This document shows positions 28,453-40,986 of a DNA stretch of 64,000 nucleotides, one piece after another. The stretch comes from the human T2T-CHM13v2.0 reference genome, Homo sapiens, in assembly GCA_009914755.4 (NCBI GenBank), contig CP086569.2, forward strand, positions 55,904,001 through 55,968,000, read 5' to 3'. The position numbers and the translations under genes were made by a program. Under the pieces are notes generated by a model. That model had not been told where the DNA came from. It was given only the letters and a program-made list of their open reading frames with translations, and searched no databases. Position 1 is the first letter of the stretch, and each line of letters starts with the position of its first letter.

Positions 28453-31400
28453 ATGCAATTTAATAAAATAGGATCAAATGTAATGGAATGGAATGGAAAG
28501 GAATCGAAACGAAAGGAATGGAGACAGATGGAATGGAATGGAACAGAGAGCAATGGTATAGAATGGAATGGAATCATCTGGAATGGAATTGAATGGAATG
28601 GAATAATATGAAATGGAATGGAATGGAATGGAATGGAATGCCCTTGAATTAAATGGACTGGAATGGAATGGACTCGAACAGAGTGGAATGGAAAGTGTTG
28701 AGATAGAATGGAATGGACTCCTTTGGAATGGTCTAGTATGCAATGCAATCGACTGGCAGGGAATCAAAAGGAATGTAATGGAATGGATTGGACTGGAATG
28801 CAATGGACTCGAATAGATTGGAAACGGAATGCAAAGGAATGGAATGGAATAGTATGGAATGGAATGGAAAGGAATGGAGTGGAATAGACTAGAGTGGAAT
28901 GGAATGGACTGGAAAGCAATAGACTGGAATGGAACTTTCTTGAATGGACTGGAATCAAACGGAATGGAATGCAATGCAATCAAATGGCATGGAATAAAAT
29001 AGAATGAAAGAGAATCAAATGGAATTGAATCGAATGGAATCGAATGGATTGGAAAGGAATAGAATGGAATGGAATGGAATTGACTCAAATGGAATGGACT
29101 AGAATGGAATGGATTCGAATGGAAGGCAAAGGAATGGAATCTATTGGAATGGACTGTAATGGAATGGAATGGAAGGGATTGGAATGGACTCGAATGGAAT
29201 GGACTGCAATAGAAAGGATTCGAATGGAATGAAAAAGAATTGAATGGAATAGAACAGAATGGAATCAAATCGAATGAAATGGAATGGAATAGAAAGGAAT
29301 GGAATGAAATGGAATGGAAAGGATTCGAATGGAATGCAATCGAATGGAATGGAATCGAACGGAATGGAATAAAATGGAAGAAAACTGGCAAGAAATGGAA
29401 TCGAAATGAATGGAGTGTTATGGAACGGACTCAAAAGGAATTGAATGTAATAGAATGGAGTGGAGTGGACTCGAATATAATGGACTGGAATGGAATGAAA
29501 TCACATGGAATGGGAACGAATGGAATGGAATGGAAAGGAATGGAATCGAATGGAAAGGAATCGAATGGAAGGGAATGAAATTGAATCAACAGGAATGGAA
29601 GGGAATAGAATAGACGGTAATGGAATGGACTCGAATAGAATGGACACGAATGCTCAAATTGAATGGACTCGAATGGAATGGAAACGAAAGGAATGTCATC
29701 GAATGGAATTGAATCGATTGGAATGAAATCGCATAGAATGGAGTGGAATCAAATGGAATTGAATCGAAAGGAAAGGAAGCGAATGGACTGAAATGAAATG
29801 GAATGGAATTGAATGGAAAGTAATGCAATGGAATAGAATGGAACGAAATTTCACGGAATGGAATCAAACTGAATGGAATCAAATCAATGGAATCTAATCA
29901 AATGGAATGGAAAGGAATTGAAAGGAGTAGATTGGATTGGATGGGATTGGAATGAAATGTACTGGAAAGGACTCGAATTTCATGAAACGGAATGGAATGA
30001 ATTGGAACGGAATGGACTCGAATGGAATGGAATGTCATGGAATGGCATCAAATGGAATGGCATCAAATGGAATGGAATCGAATGCAATGGAATGCTATGG
30101 AATGGAATGGAATGCATTGGAATGGAATGTCCTCTAATGGAATGGATTCGAGTGGAATGGCATCGAATATAATGGAGTCGAATGAAATGGAATTGAAAAG
30201 AATGGGATCGAATACCATGGAATATACTGGAATGTAATGTAATGAACTCGAATGTAATTGACTGGAATGGAATGTACATGAATGGAATGTAATCGAATGG
30301 AAAGTAATCCAATGGAATAGAATCTAATGCAATAAAATCGACTCAAATAGAGTAGAATGTAATGGAATGGAGTGCAGTGCAATGGAATGGAATGGAATGG
30401 AATGCAATGGAATGGAATGGAATGGAATGGAATGGAATGGAATGGAATGGAATGGAATGGGATGGAATGGTGTGGAATGGATAGTAATGGACTGGAGTGA
30501 AATGGACTGGAAAGGAATGGACTCAAATTGAAAGGGCTCGAAAGGAATGGAGTCAAATGGAACGGTCTGGAATGGAATGAACACGAATGTAAGGCAATCC
30601 AATAGAATGGAATCGAATGGCATGGAATATAAAGAAATGGAATCGAAGAGAATGGAAACAAATGGAATGGAATTGAATGGAATGGAATTGAATGGAATGG
30701 GAACGAATGGAGTGAAATTGTATGCAGTAGAAGAGAATAGAATGGAATGCAAGTGAAAGGAAAGGAATGGATTGGAATGGAATGGAATTCATTGGAATGG
30801 AAGGGAATGTAGTGTAATGGACAGGCCTGGAATAAAGTGGAATGCTACGGTCTCGAATGGAATAAAAATGTATGGAATGGAATGCAATGAAACGGAATCG
30901 AATGTCATAGAATGTAATGGAATGCAACAAAATGGAATCCAAAATCATTGACTGGAAAGGCTGGGTGTCGAAAGGAATTGACTCCAATGGAATGGAATCG
31001 AATGGAATGGAAGTGAATAGAATCGAACTAAATCGAATGGAATGGAATTGATAGGAACGGAATGGAGAGGAATGCAATGATTTGGCATGGAATGCAATTG
31101 AATGGCATCGAATTAAATGGAATGGAATGCAATGGAATGGAATGTATTAGAATGTAATGAACTTTAATGGAATGTACTCGAATGGATTCGACTGGAATGG
31201 AATGTTCTGGAAGTGAATGGACTCCAATGGAATGGATTCAAAAGGAATGGAATCGTACGGAATGGAATCTAATGGAATGGAATTAAATGGAAATGAATCA
31301 AATTGAATAGCACGGAATTGAATTGAATGGAATGGAATGCAATGGAATCTAATGAAACGGAAAGGAAAGGAATGGAATGGAATGGAATGGGCTGGAATGG

Positions 31401-32026
31401 AAAGGAATCGAAACGAATGGAATGGAATCGAACTGAAGAGACTGGAATGGAATGCACTGGAATGGAAGGGAGTGTAATGGAAGGTTCTCGAAAAAAATGG
31501 AATCGAATGGAATGGAATTGAATGGAACGGAATAGAGTCGAATGGAATTGAATGGAATGGAATGGACTAGAGTGAAATGGAATCGAACCACAAGGAATGG
31601 ACAGGAATAGAATGGTCTCGAATTGAATGGAATCGTATGGAATGGCATCAAACGGAATGGAATGGACAGCCACGGAATGGAATGCACTCGAATGCAATGG
31701 AGTCGAAACTAATGGACTGGAATAGAATGGACTCGACTGGTACGGACTCCAATGGAATGGAATCGAATGGAAGGGAATCGAACGGAATGGACTCGAAGGG
31801 AAAAGACTGCAATGGAAAGGTCTCGAATGGAATGGAAATTAATGGAATGGAATGGAATCGAATGAAATGGAGTCAAAAGGAATGGAATCGAATGGCAAGA
31901 AATCGAATGTAATGGAATCGCAAGGAATTGATGTGAACGGAACGGAATGGAATGGAATCCAAAGGAATGGAATAGAATGGAATGGAATCGAATGGAAAGG
32001 ACTCGAATGGAAATCACTCGAATAGA
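28453..32026 (+). repeat. DYZ1-like HOR copy 9 (3574 bp)
   Basis: Anchor motif at 28453 and 32027. Confidence 0.8.
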
Positions 32027-35000
32027 ATGCAATTTAATAAAATAGGATCAAATGTAATGGAATGGAATGGAAAGGAATCGAAACGAAAGGAATGGAGACA
32101 GATGGAATGGAATGGAACAGAGAGCAATGGTATAGAATGGAATGGAATCATCTGGAATGGAATTGAATGGAATGGAATAATATGAAATGGAATGGAATGG
32201 AATGGAATGCCCTTGAATTAAATGGACTGTAATGGAATGGACTCGAACAGAGTGGAATGGAAAGTGTTGAGATAGAATGGAATGGACTCGTTTGGAATGG
32301 TCTAGTATGCAATGCAATCGACTGGCAGGGAATCAAAAGGAATGTAATGGAATGGATTGGACTGGAATGCAATGGACTCGAATAGATTGGAAACGGAATG
32401 CAAAGGAATGGAATGGAATAGTATGGAATGGAATGGAAAGGAATGGAGTGGAATAGACTAGAGTGGAATGGAATGGACTGGAAAGCAATAGACTGGAATG
32501 GAACTTTCTTGAATGGACTGGAATCAAACGGAATGGAATGCAATGCAATCAAATGGCATGGAATAAAATAGAATGAAAGAGAATCAAATGGAATTGAATC
32601 GAATGGAATCGAATGGATTGGAAAGGAATAGAATGGAATGGAATGGAATTGACTCAAATGGAATGGACTAGAATGGAATGGATTCGAATGGAAGGCAAAG
32701 GAATGGAATCTATTGGAATGGACTGTAATGGAATGGAATGGAAGGGATTGGAATGGACTCGAATGGAATGGACTGCAATAGAAAGGATTCGAATGGAATG
32801 AAAAAGAATTGAATGGAATAGAACAGAATGGAATCAAATCGAATGAAATGGAGTGGAATAGAAAGGAATGGAATGAAATGGAATGGAAAGGATTCGAATG
32901 GAATGCAATCGAATGGAATGGAATCGAACGGAATGGAATAAAATGGAAGAAAACTGGCAAGAAATGGAATCGAAATGAATGGAGTGTTATGGAACGGACT
33001 CAAAAGGAATTGAATGTAATAGAATGGAGTGGAGTGGACTCGAATATAATGGACTGGAATGGAATGAAATCACATGGAATGGGAACGAATGGAATGGAAT
33101 GGAAAGGAATGGAATCGAATGGAAAGGAATCGAATGGAAGGGAATGAAATTGAATCAACAGGAATGGAAGGGAATAGAATAGACGGTAATGGAATGGACT
33201 CGAATAGAATGGACACGAATGCTCAAATTGAATGGACTCGAATGGAATGGAAACGAAAGGAATGTCATCGAATGGAATTGAATCGATTGGAATGAAATCG
33301 CATAGAATGGAGTGGAATCAAATGGAATTGAATCGAAAGGAAAGGAAGCGAATGGACTGAAATGAAATGGAATGGAATTGAATGGAAAGTAATGCAATGG
33401 AATAGAATGGAACGAAATTTCACGGAATGGAATCAAACTGAATGGAATCAAATCAATGGAATCTAATCAAATGGAATGGAAAGGAATTGAATGGAGTAGA
33501 TTGGATTGGATGGGATTGGAATGAAATGTACTGGAAAGGACTCGAATTTCATGAAACGGAATGGAATGAATTGGAACGGAATGGACTCGAATGGAATGGA
33601 ATGTCATGGAATGGCATCAAATGGAATGGCATCAAATGGAATGGAATCGAATGCAATGGAATGCTATGGAATGGAATGGAATGCATTGGAATGGAATGTC
33701 CTCTAATGGAATGGATTCGAGTGGAATGGCATCGAATATAATGGAGTCGAATGAAATGGAATTGAAAAGAATGGGATCGAATACCATGGAATATACTGGA
33801 ATGTAATGTAATGAACTCGAATGTAATTGACTGGAATGGAATGTACATGAATGGAATGTAATCGAATGGAAAGTAATCCAATGGAATAGAAACTAATGCA
33901 ATAAAATCGACTCAAATAGAGTAGAATGTAATGGAATGGAGTGCAGTGCAATGGAATGGAATGGAATGGAATGCAATGGAATGGAATGGAATGTTATGGA
34001 ATGGAATGGAATGGATTGGAATGGGATGGAATGGTATGGAATGGATAGTAATGGACTGGAGTGAAATGGACTGGAAAGGAATGGACTCAAATTGAAAGGG
34101 CTCGAAAGGAATGGAGTCAAATGGAATAGTCTGGAATGGAATGAACACGAATGTAATGCAATCCAATAGAATGTAATCGAATGGCATGGAATATAAAGAA
34201 ATGGAATCGAAGAGAATGGAAACAAATGGAATGGAATTGAATGGAATGGAATTGAATGGAATGGGAACGAATGGAGTGAAATTGTATGCAGTAGAAGAGA
34301 ATAGAATGGAATGCAAGCGAAAGGAAAGGAATGGATTGGAATGGAATGGAATTCATTGGAATGGAAGGGAATGTAGTGTAATGGACAGGCTGGAATAAAG
34401 TGGAATGCTACGGTCTCGAATGGAATAAAAATGTATGGAATGGAATGCAATGAAAGGGAATCGAATGTCATAGAATGTAATGGAATGCAAAAAAATGGAA
34501 TCCAAAATCATTGACTGGAAAGGCGGGGTGTCGAAAGGAATTGACTCCAATGGAATGGAATCGAATGGAATGGAAGTGAATAGAATCGAACTAAATCGAA
34601 TGGAATGGAATTGATAGGAACGGAATGGAGAGGAATGCAATGATTTGGCATGGAATGCAATCGAATGGCATCGAATGGAATGGAATGGAATGCAATGGAA
34701 TGGAATGTATTAGAATATAATGAACTTTAATGGAATGTACTCGAATGGATTCGACTGGAATGGAATGTTCTGGAAGTGAATGGACTCCAATGGAATGGAT
34801 TCCAAAGGAATGGAATCGTACGGAATGGAATCTAATGGAATGGAATTAAATGGAAATGAATCAAATTGAATAGCACGGAATTGAATTGAATGGAATGGAA
34901 TGCAATGGAATCTAATGAAACGGAAAGGAAAGGAATGGAATGGAATGGAATGGGCTGGAATGGAAAGGAATCGAAACGAATGGAATGGAATCGAACTGAA

Positions 35001-35589
35001 GAGACTGGAATGGAATGCACTGGAATGGAAGGGAGTGTAATGGAAGGTTCTCGAAAAAAATGGAATCGAATGGAATGGAATTGAATGGAACGGAATAGAG
35101 TCGAATGGAATTGAATGGAATGGAATGGACTAGAGTGAAATGGAATCGAACCACAAGGAATGGACAGGAATAGAATGGTCTCGAATTGAATGGAATCGTA
35201 TGGAATGGCATCAAACGGAATGGAATGGACAGCCACGGAATGGAATGCACTCGAATGCAATGGAGTCGAAACTAATGGACTGGAATAGAATGGACTCGAC
35301 TGGTACGGACTCCAATGGAATGGAATCGAATGGAAGAGAATCGAACGGAATGGACTCGAAGGGAAAAGACTGCAATGGAAAGGTCTCGAATGGAATGGAA
35401 ATTAATGGAATGGAATGGAATCGAATGAAATGGAGTCAAAAGGAATGGAATCGAATGGCAAGAAATCGAATGTAATGGAATCGCAAGGAATTGATGTGAA
35501 CGGAACGGAATGGAATGGAATCCAAAGGAATGGAATAGAATGGAATGGAATCGAATGGAAAGGACTCGAATGGAAATCACTCGAATAGA
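32027..35589 (+). repeat. DYZ1-like HOR copy 10 (3563 bp; its GGCC site is lost at about 34381)
   Basis: Anchor motif at 32027 and 35590. Confidence 0.8.
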
Positions 35590-38500
35590 ATGCAATTTAA
35601 TAAAATAGGATCAAATGTAATGGAATGGAATGGAAAGGAATCGAAACGAAAGGAATGGAGACAGATGGAATGGAATGGAACAGAGAGCAATGGTATAGAA
35701 TGGAATGGAATCATCTGGAATGGAATTGAATGGAATGGAATAATATGAAATGGAATGGAATGGAATGGAATGGAATGCCCTTGAATTAAATGGACTGGAA
35801 TGGAATGGACTCGAACAGAGTGGAATGGAAAGTGTTGAGATAGAATGGAATGGACTCGTTTGGAATGGTCTAGTATGCAATGCAATCGACTGGCAGGGAA
35901 TCAAAAGGAATGTAATGGAATGGATTGGACTGGAATGCAATGGACTCGAATAGATTGGAAACGGAATGCAAAGGAATGGAATGGAATAGTATGGAATGGA
36001 ATGGAAAGGAATGGAGTGGAATAGACTAGAGTGGAATGGAATGGACTGGAAAGCAATAGACTGGAATGGAACTTTCTTGAATGGACTGGAATGAAACGGA
36101 ATGGAATGCAATGCAATCAAATGGCATGGAATAAAATAGAATGAAAGAGAATCAAATGGAATTGAATCGAATGGAATCGAATGGATTGGAAAGGAATAGA
36201 ATGGAATGGAATGGAATTGACTCAAATGGAATGGACTAGAATGGAATGGATTCGAATGGAAGGCAAAGGAATGGAATCTATTGGAATGGACTGTAATGGA
36301 ATGGAATGGAAGGGATTGGAATGGACTCGAATGGAATGGACTGCAATAGAAAGGATTCGAATGGAATGAAAAAGAATTGAATGGAATAGAACAGAATGGA
36401 ATCAAATCGAATGAAATGGAATGGAATAGAAAGGAATGGAATGAAATGGAATGGAAAGGATTCGAATGGAATGCAATCGAATGGAATGGAATCGAACGGA
36501 ATGGAATAAAATGGAAGAAAACTGGCAAGAAATGGAATCGAAATGAATGGAGTGTTATGGAACGGACTCAAAAGGAATTGAATGTAATAGAATGGAGTGG
36601 AGTGGACTCGAATATAATGGACTGGAATGGAATGAAATCACATGGAATGGGAACGAATGGAATGGAATGGAAAGGAATGGAATCGAATGGAAAGGAATCG
36701 AATGGAAGGGAATGAAATTGAATCAACAGGAATGGAAGGGAATAGAATAGACGGTAATGGAATGGACTCGAATAGAATGGACACGAATGCTCAAATTGAA
36801 TGGACTCGAATGGAATGGAAACGAAAGGAATGTCATCGAATGGAATTGAATCGATTGGAATGAAATCGCATAGAATGGAGTGGAATCAAATGGAATTGAA
36901 TCGAAAGGAAAGGAAGCGAATGGACTGAAATGAAATGGAATGGAATTGAATGGAAAGTAATGCAATGGAATAGAATGGAACGAAATTTCACGGAATGGAA
37001 TCAAACTGAATGGAATCAAACCAATGGAATCAAATCAAATGGAATGGAAAGGAATTGAATGGAGTAGATTGGATTGGATGGGATTGGAATGAAATGTACT
37101 GGATAGGACTCGAATTTCATGAAACGGAATGGAATGAATTGGAACGGAACGGACTCGAATGGAATGGAATGTCATGGAATGGCATCAAATGGAATGGCAT
37201 CAAATGGAATGGAATCGAATGCAATGGAATGCTATGGAATGGAATGGAATGCATTTTAATGGAATGTCCTCTAATGGAATGGATTCGAGTGGAATGGAAT
37301 CGAATATAATGGAGTCGAATGAAATGGAATTGAAAGGAATGGGATCGAATACAATGGAATATACTGGAATGTAATGTAATGAACTCGAATGTAATTGACT
37401 GAAATGGAATGTACATGAATGGAATGTAATCGAATGGAAAGTAATCCAATGGAATAGAATCTAATGCAATAAAACCGACTCAGATAGAGTAGAATGTAAT
37501 GGAATGGAGTGCAGTGCAATGGAATGGAATGGAATTGAATGCAATGGAATGGAATGGAATGGAATGGAATGGAATGGAATGGAATGGAATGGAATGGGAT
37601 GGAATGGAATGCCCTTGAATTAAATGGACTGGAATGGAATGGACTCGAACAGAGTGGAATGGAAAGTGTTGAGATAGAATGGAATGGACTCCTTTGGAAT
37701 GGTCTAGTATGCAATGCAATCGACTGGTAGGGAATCAAATGGAATGTAATCGAATGGATTGGACTGGAATGCAATGGACTCGAATAGATTGGAAACGGAA
37801 TGCAAAGGAATGGAATGGATTAGTATGGAATGGAATGGAAAGGAATGGAGTGGAATAGACTAGAGTGGAATGGAATGGACTTGAAAGCAATGGACTGGAA
37901 TGGAACTTTCTTGAATGGACTGGAATCAAACGGAATGGAATGCAATGCAATCAAATGGCATGGAATAAAATAGAATGAAAGAGAATCAAATGGAATTGAA
38001 TCGAATGGAATCGAATGGATTGGAAAGGAATAGAATGGAATGGAATGGAATTGACTCAAATGGAATGGACTAGAATGGAATGGATTCGAATGGAAGGCAA
38101 AGGAATGGAATCTATTGGAATGGACTGTAATGGAATGGAATGGAAGGGATTGGAATGGACTCGAATGGAATGGACTGCAATAGAAAGGATTCGAATGGAA
38201 TGAAAAAGAATTGAATGGAATAGAACAGAATGGAATCAAATCGAATGAAATGGAATGGAATAGAAAGGAATGGAATGAAATGGAATGGAAAGGATTCGAA
38301 TGGAATGCAATCGAATGGAATGGAATCGAACGGAATGGAATAAAATGGAAGAAAACTGGCAAGAAATGGAATCGAAATGAATGGAGTGTTATGGAACGGA
38401 CTCAAAAGGAATTGAATGTAATAGAATGGAGTGGAGTGGACTCGAATATAATGGACTGGAATGGAATGAAATCACATGGAATGGGAACGAATGGAATGGA

Positions 38501-40986
38501 ATGGAAAGGAATGGAATCGAATGGAAAGGAATCGAATGGAAGGGAATGAAATTGAATCAACAGGAATGGAAGGGAATAGAATAGACGGTAATGGAATGGA
38601 CTCGAATAGAATGGACACGAATGCTGAAATTGAATGGACTCGAATGGAATGGAAACGAAAGGAATGTCATCGAATGGAATTGAATCGATTGGAATGAAAT
38701 CGCATAGAATGGAGTGGAATCAAATGGAATTGAATCGAAAGGAAAGGAAGCGAATGGACTGAAATGAAATGGAATGGAATTGAATGGAAAGTAATGCAAT
38801 GGAATAGAATGGAACGAAATTTCACGGAATGGAATCAAACTGAATGGAATCAAATCAATGGAATCTAATCAAATGGAATGGAAAGGAATTGAATGGAGTA
38901 GATTGGATTGGATGGGATTGGAATGAAATGTACTGGAAAGGACTCGAATTTCATGAAACGGAATGGAATGAATTGGAACGGAATGGACTCGAATGGAATG
39001 GAATGTCATGGAATGGCATCAAATGGAATGGCATCAAATGGAATGGAATCGAATGCAATGGAATGCTATGGAATGGAATGGAATGCATTGGAATGGAATG
39101 TCCTCTAATGGAATGGATTCGAGTGGAATGGAATCGAATATAATGGAGTCGAATGAAATGTAATTGAAAGGAATGGGATCGAATAGAATGGAATATACTG
39201 AAATGTAATGTAATGAACTCGAATGTAATTGACTGGAATGGAATGTACATGAATGGAATGTAATCGAATGGAAAGTAATCCAATGGAATAGAATCTAATG
39301 CAATAAAACCGACTCAGATAGAGTAGAATGTAATGGAATGGAGTGCAGTGCAATGGAATGGAATGGAATTGAATGCAATGGAATGGAATGGAATGGAATG
39401 GAATGGAATGGAATGGAATGGAATGGGATGGAATGGTATGGAATGGATAGTAATGGACTGGAGTGAAATGGACTGGAAAGGAATGGACTCAAATTGAAAG
39501 GGCTCGAAAGGAATGGAGTCAAATGGAATGGTCTGGAATGGAATGAACACGAATGTAATGCAACCCAATAGAATGGAATCGAATGGCATGGAATATAAAG
39601 AAATGGAATCGAAGAGAATGGAAACAAATGGAATGGGATTGAATGGAATGGAATTGAATGGAATGGGAACGAATGGAGTGAAATTGTATGCAGTAGAAGG
39701 GAATAGAATGGAATGCAAGCGAAAGGAAAGGAATGGATTGGAATGGAATGGAATTCATTGGAATGGAAGGGAATGTAGTGTAATGGACAGGCCTGGAATA
39801 AAGTGGAATGCTACGGTCTCGAATGGAATAAAAATGTATGGAATGGAATGCAATGAAACGGAATCGAATGTCATAGAATGTAATGGAATGCAACAAAATG
39901 GAATCCAAAATCATTGACTGGAAAGGCTGGGTGTCGAAAGGAATTGACTCCAATGGAATGGAATCGAATGGAATGGAAGTGAATAGAATCGAACTAAATC
40001 GAATGGAATGGAATTGATAGGAACGGAATGGAAAGGAATGCAATGATTTGGCATGGAATGGAATCGAATGGCATCGAATGGAATGGAATGGAATGCAATG
40101 GAATGGAATGTATTAGAATGTAATGAACTTTAGTGGAATGTACTCGAATGGATTCGACTGGAATGGAATGTTCTGGAAGTGAATGGACTCCAATGGAATG
40201 GATTCAAAAGGAATGGAATCGTACGGAATGGAATCTAATGGAATGGAATTAAATGGAAATGAATCAAATTGAATAGCACGGAATTGAATTGAATGGAATG
40301 GAATGCAATGGAATCTAATGAAACGGAAAGGAAAGGAATGCAATGGAATGGGCTGGAATGGAAAGGAATCGAAACGAATGGAATGGAATCGAACTGAAGA
40401 GACTGGAATGGAATGCACTGGAATGGAAGGGAGTGTAATGGAAGGTTCTCGAAAAAAATGGAATCGAATGGAATGGAATTGAATGGAACGGAATAGAGTC
40501 GAATGGAATTGAATGGAATGGAATGGACTAGAGTGAAATGGAATCGAACCACAAGAATGGAGAGGAATAGAATGGTCTCGAATTGAATGGAATCGTATGG
40601 AATGGCATCAAACGGAATGGAATGGACAGCCACGGAATGGAATGCACTCGAATGCAATGGAGTCGAAACTAATGGACTGGAATAGAATGGACTCGACTGG
40701 TACGGACTTCAATGGAATGGAATCGAATGGAAGGGAATCGAACGGAATGGACTCGAAGGGAAAAGACTGCAATGGAAAGGTCTCGAATGGAATGGAAATT
40801 AATGGAATGGAATGGAATCGAATGAAATGGAGTCAAAAGGAATGGAATCGAATGGCAAGAAATCGAATGTAATGGAATCGCAAGGAATTGATGTGAACGG
40901 AACGGAATGGAATGGAATCCAAAGGAATGGAATAGAATGGAATGGAATCGAATGGAAAGGACTCGAATGGAAATCACTCGAATAGA
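35590..40986 (+). repeat. DYZ1-like HOR copy 11 plus a deletion-bearing copy (5397 bp = one full copy + a 1.83-kb remnant)
   Basis: The anchor-to-anchor distance is 5397 instead of about 7120. The sequence 'ggagtgcagtgcaatgg...(GGAAT)n...gggatggaatgg' at 37505-37607 runs directly into 'aatgcccttgaattaaatggactgg' at 37608. About 1.72 kb is skipped, including the next anchor motif. Confidence 0.75.
37596..37617. other. Breakpoint of a ~1.72-kb intra-HOR deletion, inside a pure (GGAAT)n tract
   Basis: 'gggatggaatgg|aatgcccttg': the left flank is normally followed by 'tgtggaatggatagtaatgg'. The right flank is normally preceded by 'aatatgaaatggaatggaatgg'. Confidence 0.7.
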
